DNA of 64,000 nucleotides from Felis catus (taxonomy: Eukaryota), in the NCBI RefSeq assembly GCF_018350175.1, contig NC_058373.1, positions 105,340,001 through 105,404,000 of the forward strand, read 5' to 3'. This document shows, in pieces, positions 12,607 through 26,477 of this stretch (position 1 is its first letter; every line of letters starts with the position of its first letter). The notes under the pieces are model-generated. The model did no database searches, was not told where the DNA came from, and was given only the letters and a program-made list of their open reading frames with translations. The position numbers were made by a program, and so were the translations under genes.

Positions 12607-13547
12607 ATGGTCACAGATACAAGCAGATTTGGCTGCTCTGTGCCTCTGTCCCTAATGGATTTAATGGATGTGAACTTCAGTGGATTCACCAGCCCTGGAG
12701 AACTTGCCAGGTCAGAAGGGCCCAGAGCCTTGGCTTGCTGCCTTGTGCATCTTTTCAGGCTAGGGGGCGGGAGGGATGCATTGATACTCAGGGGTCACCT
12801 TGTTGCCAAGGAAAGCAGTTTCTGTGTCAGTCACAAAACCGAGTTACTCCCATGCTTTATTTCCAACCAGCTCCTAAGGCCCACGCACACTCTCCTTGCT
12901 ACAGGCCCCGTCAGAGCCACTGAGAGCTGTGCGTCTTCCGTCAGCTCTTCACATAGACCTCTGGTGGCACCGTGTGCCGCACAAGCTTTTCCAAGCTGTG
13001 GAGAAGGTCTCATTCCTTTCAGATATTTGATTGCAACCGCCATGTCCTTTCAGAAGTATTTCTTTTCCCACACATACTTGATTTCAGTCTCACCTCTTTG
13101 CAACCTTGGATAGACACAGTCATCTTGGTGGCCGGGGGGTTAAAATGGGAATGTGTGAGAGCGCTTCCTCGTTTTAACAGATGTTATTGGGCGGCTGAGC
13201 TAAATGCAGGCTTGAAACGGTGACCTTTTATGTTGAAGTTGAATAATAAAAGTAGTTTGTTTGTGTGCGTCTAGCTTTCCTGATCGAGGAAAGGAATCCA
13301 ATGCTCAGCAGGAGGGTTTCTTTTGCGAGTGTGCAGCTCCATCCCACTTCTCCTGATCTGATGTGGTGACAGCTCATTTCATAGACAGCACAGCTGGAGA
13401 AATTCCAGGTCAGCAGAAAGGGCGGGGAGTGGGGAGGAAAGAGGAGACTTGGTATTTACTATTTGGTGACACTCTGTAGCTCTACTATGCTTTCCCCCAT
13501 CCTCTGGGCAGGAGGTCCAGGTAGAGTGGATGGGGTAGAAATAGAAT

Positions 13548-13777
13548 GGGGCGCCTGGGTGGCGCAGTCGGTTGAGCGTCCGACTTCGGCCAGGTCACGA
13601 TCTCGCGGTCTGTGAGTTCGAGCCCCGCGTCGGGCTCTGGGCTGATGGCTCAGAGCCTGGAGCCTGTTTCCGATTCTGTGTCTCCCTCTCTCTCTGCCCC
13701 TCCCCCGTTCATGCTCTGTCTCTCTCTGTCCCAAAAATAAATAAACGTTGAAAAAAAAAATTAAAAAAAAAAAAAAA
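13548..13777 (+). mobile_element. Young felid CanSINE
   Basis: Near-consensus body with a long A tail. TSD AGAAATAGAAT at 13537 and 13778. Confidence 0.93.
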
Positions 13778-14619
13778 AGAAATAGAATGAGGTCACTGTA
13801 ATGTACTTGCGATTATGTATGGTGACGTCTCCTTGCTTGCTTACTTGTGTCAAATTAGTAAGTCTTACGTTAATGGAGAGGGATAGTGGCGTGGGCTGGG
13901 ATGGGAAGAATACATTTCAGAACTTAGGAAATTATATATAAATATAAGTATATATATAATATTATATATGTGTGTATATCTTTAATTTGAAACTTCCTTG
14001 GTTGCCATAGTCCAGCTGCAGAAGGCCACCCAATTAGTTAAGAAGAAAAGGTCTTGAGGTCACGGCTGGTTATTTCATGTGTACTAAAATAGAGGAAATG
14101 GCCACAGTTGCTTTGCCAGGGGTGTCCAACCCTGAATTAGGCTAAAAAGGCATCTTATAGCATCAGACAACTGAAAAAAGATGTAAGGAGGGAGCCGCTT
14201 TCTTTGCACATCTGTTAAGAACATCTGGCTCTGGCACGAACCCGGTAACTTCGACAGTTAGTTGGTGGCCCACAAGGTGAAAAAGAGGCAAACCCTCAAG
14301 TTGTCAGGCCCGTCTGTAGAATTTCCGGATGGCAACACCACCAAGTGCAAGGGTGAGAAACAGCTGGTGCGTTTGAGCAGCTGCCGGCCTCTCCTGCGCT
14401 GAGCTCATCCCGACCAAGCCTTAAAGACGGGGGCTTACGGGGACTCAGGTGCTCAGAAAGCAGTACCCCTGCACCCTGCCCCAGATGGCCCTTCACCAAG
14501 AGCATCATGGGGACATTCGAGAGGCTCACTGCTTCATCTCTGTTGTGGTACTGGGTTATCGAAGAGATGAGTCCCTTGGCAGGCAGCATACGCCAAAGAT
14601 AGCCACGTCCTCTCTCATC

Positions 14620-15130
14620 CCACGTGCTCGTCTGCAATGTTACTGTCAAGAGGCAGCGTCTCATTACCCTGCCCTTAAATCTAAGCTGGCCACAGTGCCT
14701 TGCTCGTAGCCAATAGCATGTTGTGGAGGTGACGCCTTGCGCCTTCTGAGGTTGGGCCGAGAAAGCCATGCAACTCCTACGTGGCTCTCTCAGAAGGCGT
14801 GCTCTCTGGACATCCTCCTGAGGTGACGTCCCTCCGAGCCGCTGTCATGCTGTGGGAAACATAAGTTACCCAGGGAGGCCACACGAGTGTGCTCTTGTTG
14901 ACAGTCCCAGCAGAGGCTAGCCTTTGAGTCATTTTAGCCTGGGCACCGGCCGTGGGAGTACGGAAGTTTCTAGATAATTCCAGCCCCTCAATGTTTTTTT
15001 AGCTGAGGTACGAGACATCGTCCTTCCTATGCCCATCCAAATTCCTGACCTACAGAATCTGTGAGCACAATGAAATGGCTGTTTTATCCTACTAGGTTCG
15101 GGATCATTTGTTACACAGCAATAGATAATC
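14620..15130 (+). mobile_element. MaLR (MLT1-type) LTR
   Basis: Ends AAATTCCTGACCTACAGAATCTGTGAGC...ATTTGTTACACAGCAATAGATAA. Confidence 0.65.
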
Positions 15131-15725
15131 AAAGCATGCCCGTAAGGATGCTTTTGGAAGAATCTGGGCGTCATTCCCACCGCCCTTCCACCCCCTCCCT
15201 CCAACCCCGCCATCCTTTTCTGTGTACCTAGCACTATATTATGCAATGTGCACTTTGTAAGAGAAGTACAGGGCTACTGCTTGCCTCTTCTTTGCAGGCG
15301 CTCAAGAAAAGATGCCGGTTCCTCTGGGGCAATGCAGCCCTCCCCACAGCACACAACCTCTCAGCTCAAGTGCATGGTCCCATTCAACCCCTCTCCAAGC
15401 CGGTCTGAGTTGTGCAGAGTACAGACTGCATGATGATACACAGTGGCCCCAGAGAAATGTGAAGGTAAGTCTCCTTGAGGAGTTTACATTCTAATTGATG
15501 ATATAAAACATGTGTCGTTTAAGATAGAAAGTATCAAATGCTAAATCATGTGATAACACGGATTTTAGAAAGAGTTTTGTAATAATAAGAAAAAGGTGCT
15601 GGACTTCTATTTTTTTTATTTATTACTTTATTTTATTTATTTTTTCTAAAAAGCACTAGACTTTTGTTTTTTATTATTTATTTTTTTATAATTTGAGCTT
15701 TGTTGGTCTCTCTATACTTCTATTC

Positions 15726-16328
15726 TTTTTTTTTAAAGTTTATTTATTGTTTAATTTACATCCAAGTTAGTTAGCATATGGTGCAACAATGATTTCAGGA
15801 GTAGATTCCTTAATGCCCTGACGCATTTAGCCCATCCTCCCCCCCCATAGACCCTCCAGCAATCCTGTTTGTTCTCTATATTTAAGAATCTTTTATGTTT
15901 TGTCCCCCTCCCTGTTTTTATATTATTTTTGAAAAGCACTGGACTTTTGTGTTTTTTTAAAAATTTTATTTTTATTTATTTAATTTACATCCAAGTTAGT
16001 TAGTTACAGTGCAACAATGATTTCAGGGGTAGATTCCTTAATGCCCTTTACACATTTAGCCTATCCCCCTTCCCACTACCCCGCTGGTAACTCTCTGTTC
16101 GTTCTCCATATTTAAGAGTCTCTTCTGTTTTGTCCCCCTCCCTGTTTTTATATTACTTTTGCTTCCCTTCCCTTATGCTCATCTGTTCTGTGTCTTAAAG
16201 TCCTCATATGAGTGAAGTCATATGATATTTGTCTTTGACTAATTTCGCTTAGCATAATACCCTCTAGTTCCAACCACGTAGTTGCAAATGGCAAGATTTC
16301 GTTCTTTTTGATTGCCGAGTAATACTCC

Positions 16329-16377
<49 letters not shown>

Positions 16378-16520
16378 CCCACATCTTCTTTATTCATCCA
16401 TCGATGGACATTTGGACTCTTTCCATACTTTGGCTATTGCAGATAGTGCTGCTATAAACATTAGGGTGCATGTGTCCCTTCGAAACAGCACACCTGTATC
16501 CCTTGGATAAAAACCTAGTA
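15726..16520 (-). mobile_element. Two tandem carnivore L1 3' ends (~15726-15930 and ~15950-16520), with (TG)n at 16331-16375
   Basis: Both begin AATTTACATCCAAGTTAGTTAG...CAACAATGATTTCAGG. The longer one encodes ORF2 remnant MEYYSAIKKNEILPFATTWLELEGIMLSEIS. Confidence 0.88.
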
Positions 16521-16919
16521 GAAAAGCACTGAACTTCTAGATTGGAGATCTGGGTAGAGGAGCTGCATTCAAGTCGTGCTGTGCTATCACCTAGCATGGC
16601 CTTGCTTGGTGCCTGGGAGCAAGAGCTTGAGTTCTCTGGGCTTCAGTGTCCTTCACCTGGGGAATGAAGGAGTTGGGCCAACTGGTATTTCTCAAACTTT
16701 TCCATCCAGACATCCTTAGAGCGGAGTCGGGTCTGAGGGTTTAGTCTGAACTGGCTCCCAAAAGCTGGACTCAAAAATTGCAAGCATATTTTATCTCTTC
16801 GTATGGTCCACTTCTCACTGCCTTCAGTTTTCGGGGAAAAAAATTACGTTAGTGGAAAAGCTTTTCCCCCACCATCATATTTTAAATAGTACAGCTCCTT
16901 TACCACCACCATTCTCTAT

Positions 16920-17415
16920 CTGTGGTGGATTCAAGGTGGCCACAAAGTCTTTGATGCTCCTCCTGTTGAGAGACCGGGTCTCTGTCCACTTAAAGACAGG
17001 TTCTGTGGTTGCTTTGAGCAATAGAAGAGGCAGATGTGGTGCCGGGACAGTTTCCAGGCCCAGGCCTTAAGGGATGGGAATCTTCTACTTCCTGCCTCTT
17101 TGAGCAGTTTGTCCTAGGTTTTATTATTTGAGAACCCAAGCTGAAGTGGCCCTCTGCAGGTCCTCCAGTCCACGGTTCCAGCCGAGCCCAGCCTTCTAGT
17201 CATCCCCACCAGGACACCAGACACATGAACAAAGCCATCCTGAACCCTAAAGACCACACCAGTTGCCAGTTGATGTTACTGATTAGAAGGACTGCCCTAA
17301 TTTCTGAGCCCTGCCGAAATGTCTGGCCCCCAAAATCGTGAGATGCAGTAGAATAGTTCTTATTCCAAACCACTAAGTCTTGAGGTGGTTTGTCGCGCAG
17401 AAATGGATAACTGGA
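16920..17415 (+). mobile_element. MaLR (MLT1-type) LTR
   Basis: TGTGGTGGATTCAAGGTGGCCACAAAG...CCACTAAGTCTTGAGGTGGTTTGT...ATGGATAACTGGAAC. Confidence 0.65.
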
Positions 17416-17452
17416 ACCCCCACCCTCCACCTGCTTTTATTTTCTTCACCAC

Positions 17453-17848
17453 CAGTAGTGACTCAGATCTGGCTCTCACTGGCTCGTGAGAGCCCATCAT
17501 TCAATTCTCGGGAATCTTGTGAGCCAGGTAGTAAACAAAGCCATCGCTAAAAGTTATTCAACTTACAATGAAATGGATTATATTTTAAAAAGGTAATAAA
17601 TCCTCAAAACGCATCGCTTCCTGGTTATTTTATTACATTTTACTCTCGTCTATACCCTAGAGGTTGTGTCTCTTTTATCTACCTGTGTGGTGACGCTACT
17701 CTGCAATGGGATGCCACTGCATGTTTCCTTCCAAATACAAGTTCAGTGACATCACCTTGGTAGTTGACCATGGTGGAAGGATTCACACTACAGAAATAAT
17801 CCATTACCTTCCAGGAAGCTGGTTATTTAACATTTACCAGAACGCTAT
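17453..17848 (+). mobile_element. MER63-like hAT (Blackjack group) non-autonomous DNA transposon
   Basis: CTGGCTCGTGAGAGCC...AAAGGTAATAAATCCTCAAAAC...TTCAGTGACATCACCTTGGTAG...AACATTTACCAG matches the recalled MER63 consensus. Confidence 0.7.
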
Positions 17849-18280
17849 TACAACCATTTATTGTACTTATTAGCCATCTGATACATTAGCTCTTTATTGA
17901 TTATTTGTTTACCGTTCTCCCCACAATGGAATTTAAGCTTTCCAAGAGTAAGAGCTTAGTCTTTTTTTTGTTCACTCTTATATCCCCAGAACCTAGAAGA
18001 GTGTCAGGCACAGAGGAAGTATTCCATAAATATTTTTGCATGAAGGCATTCTGCTCTGTTACCATTTGTGTAGTGAATGTAGTTTGCCTCATTCCTCTTC
18101 TCCGGACACTGCTGGCATCTCTCTTGGCCTCTGTGTGACTGCCACAGACACCTGATTTAAGCTGTACCAGTATGCATCCCCAAACTATGCATTTGGAATT
18201 GAGTGAGAGAACCCAAGACGATAGTTGATTGTGTGTAAGAGGGAGAGTAAGGGGCTAGCCAGTAATTGGATGGCTGTTTT

Positions 18281-18460
18281 CTTTAAAAATTTTAAATCTT
18301 TATTTATTTTCGAGAGAGAGAGAAAGAGAGCGAGAGAGAGAGAGAGAGGAACTCTGAGTGGTCAGCACAGAGCCCGACGTGGGGCTCAAACTCATAAAGT
18401 GAGAGATCATAACCTAAGCCGAAGTTGGATGCTTAACCACTGGAGCCACCCAAGCACCCC
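18281..18460 (-). mobile_element. CanSINE
   Basis: Typical antisense body. Confidence 0.8.
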
Positions 18461-19146
18461 TGATGACCGGTATTTTAAAGTGTGTGAACTTGAAAGATAT
18501 CGATGGCCATTTCTTATTTATCATGAGGACTGAATAGCAAAGAAAGCCTTCTTCTAGGAAGAATGAGCCATACTCAGAGACAGGAAAGGAGAAGATTCCC
18601 TGATGTTAGTCCCTCCTGAGGTCTCCTATATTCTTGCCTTTCAGGTCTGGGAGACTCCCCGTATCATAAACATCCTTGTTGTGTGTATTCATTTACTAAA
18701 GTTACTTCTGTTACTTGCAACCCAAAGCATCCTAAGAAACATAACCTCCATGTTTGTTTTAAATAAGCTCTTAAATTACTTAGAAAAAAATAACAAAAAC
18801 ACTTCCTGTGGGTCTCTTTGGTAATTTTGGAGGGATGGGTCACATTTAGTCTCTATTGTCTGAAAACGCGTACATCAGGTTTGGCTTCCGCAATTTGTGT
18901 TCCCTTCTCAGAGTCACGGTGTGTTGAAAATTAGGTTAATATATGATTGTGGGTTCAAAGAGCAACAGTTTTATTTTCCACCGGTTCACAATCTCTGCGT
19001 TCACAATCTCTACCAGGGCCACGACTATGGAGAAGATGCTAAGAACTGACAGGGTGTGCAGGGCTCGTCAGAGGAAGTCTCCCTTAACCGTATCTTCCTC
19101 AGGTCAATTTGGGGGAGAAAATCCAATTTCAGATGATCTCTTTTGG

Positions 19147-19262
19147 GGGGTGTCAGGGTGGCCCAGTCAGTTGAGTATCCGACTCCTGATTTTAGCTCAG
19201 GTCTTGATCTCACAGTTCATGGGATCAAGCCCTGTGTCAGTGACAGCGCTGAGCCTGCTTGG

Positions 19263-19306
<44 letters not shown>

Positions 19307-19330
19307 ATAAGTAAACATTTAGAGGAAAAA
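19147..19330 (+). mobile_element. Diverged CanSINE
   Basis: Degenerate head, (CT)n and AAAATAAGTAAACATT tail. Confidence 0.8.
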
Positions 19331-22300
19331 AAGTCTCTTTTGCTGTATCAGAGAAGTACTGGTCAGAGGGCTGTTTTGTGAACAAGGTTCGCTGTTGATG
19401 TTATTCTTTCTCTGCCACTTACTCCCTGAAATTTTCATCACAAGCAAATGAAGGTCTCAACCAGCTTGAGGTTCCCCACAATCAGTCCTGTGTGGTTTTT
19501 CAGATTTCAGTTTCGCCACAGCAGCCTTCTTCTGAGCAGGGGAAAGTGTTTAGAGTCTGGCCTGACACCAGAGGATGGCGTGTGGGGTGCCCTGGGCAAC
19601 ATTTGCTGAATAAGCCGGCTCTGGGAGGCACTGTCGTGGTGAGGGGGAACGCCGAATTCATTCGTTCACTCTGTCTGGGTTTTTCTGCTTTGTCCCGATG
19701 TGCCGTTTTTCTTCTTTGCTCGTGAAGACACGTAACAATCCAATTCTGAATTCGTATCCCGACCATGTTTTCTTGGTTATACCCGCCGATGTTTCCGGAA
19801 AAGAGGGTTTTCCAAGTTACTTGCCATCTCATCACCATTTTGTCTAAACCAATTGTTTGGTGTGATCGCCTATTTGTTCGCTTACTGCGAATGATATTTC
19901 CTTACCTCGCTGCAGCCGGGAGGAGAAGCCAGGGGCTGCCACTGGTGAGTTCAGGGGCGGCTTCCCTTCCTACAGGCCACAGTCCCAGGGCTTCTGCTCC
20001 TTCAACTTAAAACACATTTGGCCGCATCAGAGGGAAAGGTTCTCCCTTTACACGAACTGCTGGGTCCAGAGTCCTTCTGAAAAGCTACCTCAAAGGAAGC
20101 TTTTTACTCCTTTTTAGCAAAGACTCCTCCCTTGTTGGTTGCCAAAAACCCTGTTGCCTTTCCTTCAAAATCTACACAATTATCTAAAAATATTTTGGAA
20201 GACTTTTCAACATACAGCCAAGGGCAGAGAGAAACACAGCAGATACCTGTGACTCATCACCTAAATATAACAGACATCTAGCACGTTGCCATACTTGCGT
20301 TAGGTCCTTTTTCTTAAAGAAATCCAAGATTACAAATGGCAATAAAGCCCCTTTTGTAGCCTCCCCTTGCCTATTCCTCTTCCTTCCTCCTAACTGGTTT
20401 TAAAATGTCACTGCACAAGTGACAGCTTCATGCTGTTATTCCTCGGGGCTTTCTCTTTCACGTGAGAGATGCTGTGATTTAGGCCCATTTACGTCTTCAT
20501 GATAATAAAACCCATATTTGAAATGAGCATCCAGGTACGTATCCTCTGCTTCGTAGAGTGACTAATTGTAGTGGGGACTGTGCTCTTCTCTCCCTTACTC
20601 CCAGTGCACGTGAGGGTCCTCAGGCACCTCGTGTCTGTCACAGTCTTCAGTGGTTTCTTTTGATTTTGAATTTCTCTTGTGTTCCACAGTTTCACCAGGG
20701 TTCAGTGTATGCTTCAGCCTTCCTCCGACCCATGTCCCCAGTCGAAATTATTACCCCGTTAACACGGTAGATGAAGAATGACATTAAGTTTCCAAAACTG
20801 AGAATTTCTGGTACCTGTAGACTTGAACCAGCAAGGGGGAGATAGCCAAATGCTGAATCACCTGATTGTCTTCCAAGTGGATTCCAGGGGCCGGCTCAGC
20901 CTCCGCGAGTCCTCCCTTGCCAGCTGGCCATCATCCTGTCATCCCAGGGGCAGGAATGCTATGCTTACCAGGCTCTGGGCTCAGACCTACCTCCTAGACC
21001 TTTCAGGCTGTATCAGGCTGTGACCATATGAGAGAGAGGGCAGCCCAGGAAAGAGTGTCTGACAATGTATACTTTTCCTTTGGATTTAAGGAAGACATTG
21101 TTTCCTGTCTCCCTCCAGCCCAGCCCGAGAGAAACTGTGTGTCCTTTTCCCCACATCCACCCTTACCTTAATCTTGGAGTCCTGCCCCCACTCTAGGGGA
21201 TATTGACACTGCCCAGGACAGGGGCCCTGGATTTCTGAGGGGTTTATATAGTTTTAAAAAATAAGATACATGTTGGGCTTTTTTTTTCAAAAATAAAATC
21301 TAAAGAATTGCAAGAAAAAATGTAATTTTCCACACAGACCAATATGCTCTTGTGTTTCAGCTACAAACAGGTGGCATAAGGCAGCCCGTGTGCTCACTTT
21401 CAAAAAGGTGGATCCCATTTAAGATTAATGAAGAATCTGGAAAAAAAATTGCACACAACCTGCCGCAGGGAATAATTTGAGGTGCCGTCTACCCACTCTC
21501 TGATCCTGAAGCTATAAAATATGCAAAAGGTGTCGGAAACAGGGACGCCAATTCAAACGGTACGCGTCCCAGGTATCCAATATTGGCACAAAGCACTCCA
21601 TATCTCTAGGAAAGAAAGTACTGACTTCAAGAGGGCTTGGTTCCAAGGGACAACTTTCCCTTCACCACGTAGCACGTGGTGTCCGAGGGCCAGCCCTTCC
21701 AGCATCCCATTCACTAGTCCTCTGGGTGATTCTGGCCTGGGCCAGCTCCCTGCGGGGCCTTGCCGAGGAAATCCTCACAAAAGTAGCAAACATTGGCGGA
21801 GTGCTTAGCAAGTGCCTGGCACTGCCCAAAGTGGTTCATATGCCTTATTTCTCTTAATCCTCCTAACGGCCCCGGGTAGGCAGGTATTATCATCCTTGGG
21901 GTCCCACAGGAGTGGGTTGGGAGGGAGGCAGTGTGACCGGGAGCTGGGACCCCGTGGTGGTATTACTGTGCTCCCTTCCACCCAGCCCTCGTCCAATTAC
22001 CATAAAACCACCTCAGCAGCCAGACACTCCTAATAGCTAACTGTCTAGCAAAGGCTGCATTGTCTTTGGAGCTTTAAACACAGCCCTTTTAATTGGAATT
22101 GCTTCCTAATTCAGCTTCATATATCTTCTCTCCTCCCACACAAAGAATCCATTGTGTTGGTCTCAGGGACGAACTGGATGCTCCTTTGATATACTTTGCA
22201 TGTAAATGTAAGGAACAAGACTCATTTGATTTCATTATATCCTTTATTGATGCGCCTGCAGCATTTTATTGTAGGTTTTTGTGACTGGAATCCCTAACAA

Positions 22301-22976
22301 AGGAGAGAGAGGGCTTCTAGGCTGGCAGCTCCTTCGGAGAGAGGGTTTACCACACTGGGCTCTAAAGGGACCCTCACTCATTGCTGTTGTCATCTCTAAG
22401 CTTTTCAAAGGGCTGGGTGTTTTCGAGAGCTGCTGCTATTCTGTAACTATAAAGTGTTATCAAGCATGAGGCAAATGCAAGACATCATCCTTGCCACTAT
22501 GCAGCGGGTGGGGAGTTTACTGAACCTGCCAGAAAAGAGGCTGGATGACATCCGTATCACTGGGGGAAAGACGCTCCTGTGCCAAGACTGACAGAGCTGG
22601 TACCTAATCCTTCCTACCTGCAATGACAGGCTCCTGGGACTAGAGAATGGGGTTAATTATTCCCAACATTCTTCATTGTAATTCTAAATGAGATAATGAT
22701 TGGAAATAGTACATCGTCATTGAGCTGAAAATGCCCGAGGCATTCTCCTGCTGGAGAAACTAGCATTTTTTCCTATGGCGTGTTTATTTCCTTCAGCACT
22801 ATCTTTTTTTTTTTTTTTTTTTTTTTTTTAGGTTTACTCAATGTTTTTAATAATTGGAACCTGTATCACTCCAAACAGAAGCAGCTAACACTGATTAAAA
22901 ACTTAGAAAGCACCCTGTACTTTGTTGCTTTCTTGCATTTAATCCTAGCAGTGGCCTTATGAAGTTGGGATTTTTT

Positions 22977-23184
22977 TTTTCCCAACGTTTATTTATTTTT
23001 GGGACAGAGAGAGACAGAGCATGAACGGGGGAGGGGCAGAGAGAGAGGGAGACACAGAATCGGAAACAGGCTCCAGGCTCTGAGCCATCAGCCCAGAGCC
23101 CGACGCGGGGCTCGAACTCTGGGACCGCGAGATCGTGACCTGGCTGAAGTCGGACGCTTAACCGACTGCGCCACCCAGGCGCCC
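22977..23184 (-). mobile_element. Young felid CanSINE inserted in a MIR-like segment
   Basis: Perfect TSD GAAGTTGGGATTTTTT at 22961 and 23185, followed by AA (TTTT/AA L1 endonuclease site). Confidence 0.93.
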
Positions 23185-24499
23185 GAAGTTGGGATTTTTT
23201 AAAATTTCCATTTTACAGGCAAGAGATGGCAGAAGTGCTACTACCCCCCGGGGGACACAGCAAGTGCCCTGAGGTTCCAGGACTTGAACCCTTGGAATCA
23301 GACAGCAAAATGTAAGACACTGTCTCCTAAGACCTGAGCTTTCTTTCGTTAACATCCTCATTTAGAGGTTTGTTCCTATCCCACCTAGAGGCCTCTGGCA
23401 TCCATGGCCCTCCTGGTGCACATGGCTTTTAAGTGGCCCATCAGCCTTCTCTTTTCCAGCCTTCTCTTTTCTAGATCAAACCGTGTTCATATTGCTGTCT
23501 TCCAACAAGGCCCATCTGGGACCGTTCCACATTAGCAGAGGCCTCTGTGGGCACCGCGCTTCGCAAAAACGAAACGTTTGTGCGTAGTGTTGGGTGACCC
23601 AGTTCTCCACTGTAAAAAGGCTTGATATATAAAAATTCATATCACTACAACAGAAGCCTTGGTGTTGCCTAAGTATATACTCTACAAAAAGCTAATTTAC
23701 TTTACTTTGATTTGCTGTAGAGTTCCTCCAAATACTGAGCTCCCTGGTGCATTTAAAATGAGATTCAACTGATGACAAAATTGATTCACAGCTTTTCAAG
23801 AACTAAGGCATAAAGAAGGCAACCTGCTTTAGGTAAACTCTTTCATATATATTCATATATTTCCTTTAGCCTGGGAGCTCCAATGTTAAACATGACTAAA
23901 GGTTTCTCCAGGTTTCCACACATGAGTGGAGCCCGATTCTCTCCCCTTCTCTTCATTCTAGTTCCCGCTGAGCAGCAGAATGTGAGCAAATCAGTGACCA
24001 CGTAGTGCTTTTCAGTGATCCCAGGACTCCCACACTGCTCTCTTTAACTCTCTGAAAGAGTATCTTCAGATTTCATAGCTGATTAGAGAGTTGGATGGGA
24101 GTGCAGTAGGGTCTAAATACTATTGTCTTTCAAAGACGTTGCAAAGGAGCCAGAGTTGCTGACTGCTGCACATAAACACTTTTGAACATAATCAATAACC
24201 TTGAGATTATGTTTCTGTTTTCCCTTCACTCTGCGAAAAGAAATCAGACTTAAATAGCAAACTAACTATGATTGTGGATGCACTTCAGATGATAATCAGA
24301 TGAGTGGTGGTATTTATTTCAGATCTGAAAAGAAATCTATTCCTGCCTTTCTCACTTCTGTTTCCCTGTCAAGCAGGAAGTCCCATGCTGGGCTTCTTAG
24401 TGGCTGAGCATTTCTAGTTAGCTTTAATTATCATCTAGCTCATGATTTCCTTGGTAGGTTGGGTTTCCTATTTGGCCCTCACTCCTAATTTTCTACCTT

Positions 24500-24736
24500 C
24501 TTTTTTTTTTTTTTTTTTTTAATTTTTTTTTTCAACGTTTATTTATTTTTGGGACAGAGAGAGACAGAGCATGAACGGGGGAGGAGCAGAGAGAGAAGGA
24601 GACACAGAATCGGAAACAGGCTCCAGGCTCTGAGCCATCAGCCCAGAGCCCGACGCGGGGCTCGAACTCACGGACCGCGAGATCGCGACCTGGCTGAAGT
24701 CGGACGCTTAACCGACTGCGCCACCCAGGTGCCCCA
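24500..24736 (-). mobile_element. Young felid CanSINE
   Basis: Near-consensus body, long T tract, TSD CTACCTTCTTT. Confidence 0.92.
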
Positions 24737-24749
24737 CTACCTTCTTTAT

Positions 24750-25290
24750 TAAGTTTCTATTGTGTGTTGCAGATTACCAGAAACATAGTGACTAAAAATG
24801 GCATACATTTATGATCTCACAATTCCATGAGTCAGGAATCTGTGTCCTGCTTAGCTGGCTTCTTTGCTCACAGTCCCACAAAGCTGAAATTAAGGTGCCA
24901 TCTGGGGGTATGATCTCACCTGAGGCTTGGGGTCCTCGTCCAACGTCTGTCATCGCGGGCAGGATTCATTTTCTTGCAACCATAGAATCTACAGCAGCTT
25001 GCTTCTTCAAAGTCAACACCTCTGAACTATAGCCACTTTTAAAGGGCTCACCAACTTAAATCAGGTCCACCCAGGATCACTGCCTTTTGATTAATTTAAA
25101 GCCAACTGATTGTAGACCTTAACTACATCTGAAAAAAAAAAAAAAGCTCTTCATCTTTACTGTGTAATATCATCATGGGAGTGATGTCCCATCACCTTTG
25201 ACACATTGTGTTGGTTAGAAGCAAGTTACAGGTCCCACCGACACTCAAGGATGTGGGGCACTGAAGGTCTTCTTATATTCTACATTCTCC
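24750..25290 (-). mobile_element. MaLR (MLT1-type) LTR
   Basis: ATTTATGATCTCACAATTC...GCTGAAATTAAGGTGCCA...ATTCATTTTCTTGC...TTGGTTAGAAGCAAGT. Confidence 0.7.
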
Positions 25291-25779
25291 TTCTGGATAA
25301 GAACTGAACGAGGCTAGTGAGCATCCACTGGCATGCATTCAGGACTGTATAACATAGATTAATGCTCAAGCAAATGTCCTATGTTGTCTGTGTACGTCAT
25401 TGAATCATATCCCAAAGTTGAAGGTCCCTGTTTCAAGAGTTTAAGGTTTTCCCTCATTGGACAACTTTGACATTAATGTCTTTCCATGTAGTCATCCTGG
25501 ACGTTGAATTGTTCCTTTCCAGAGGATATTAGGGAGTAAACAAAGCCGAGTCTATTAGCAGGACTTTCTTCAACCTCAAATGGAAAAGCAAAGGTGTTTC
25601 AGGATAAGAATATTGATAAGAGCCAAAGATCCAAGGGAAGGACTCAGCCTCTCCTATGTTTGGAATAAACTGAGTTCTTTCTGTTCCCTAGTGTCCTTAG
25701 AGGAAAAATGCCCCAATCATGATGTTTGCAGTAAGGCTGGGCCATAGCTCTACTATTTGTGTTAAAAAACATTTCTCCA

Positions 25780-25944
25780 GTGGTGCCTGGGTGGCTCAGT
25801 CAGTTAAGCATCCGACTTCAGCTCAGGTCATGATCTCATAGTTTGTGGGTTCGAGCCCCACATTGGGCTCTGTGCTGACAGCTCAGATCCTGGAGTCTGC
25901 TTTGGATTCTGTATCTCCCTTTCTCTCTGCCCCTTCCCTGCTCA

Positions 25945-25994
<50 letters not shown>

Positions 25995-26040
25995 GTCTCT
26001 CTCTCTCTCTCAGAAATAAAATAAACATTAAAAAATTTTT
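25780..26040 (+). mobile_element. CanSINE with expanded (CT)n
   Basis: Typical body, flanked by AAACATTTCTC. Confidence 0.88.
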
Positions 26041-26392
26041 AAACATTTCTCTGTAAACACTTAGAGTAGAATTGCTTTCACTGCCTGTACCCTTCTACTT
26101 TCCTATAACACTTTCTTTTCATTGTAGGTCTGGCCCTGGAAATCCTGGTATTAGAGGGGCACCCAAACACATGTGTGCACACATGCAGGCATTATATTCA
26201 TACTTTCACACTTTCTCATTACTGCTATAAGTGTGACCCTAAAATGACAATAATACCAGCCATTTATTGAGCATAACCAGAGAACAGCCATGTTGGATAC
26301 AATATTGCAAATATATATACACTATATATTGCTAATTTATATAATTATATATAATAAAAATATATTAATATAACATAACATATATTAATATA

Positions 26393-26397
<5 letters not shown>

Positions 26398-26474
<77 letters not shown>
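26398..26474. repeat. Compound (CT)n(AT)n microsatellite
   Basis: Directly visible. Confidence 0.95.

Positions 26475-26477
<3 letters not shown>

Noticed and set aside
13548..13630. tRNA-like A/B-box sequence
   Set aside because: tRNA-derived head of a CanSINE, not a tRNA gene. The same applies to all copies.
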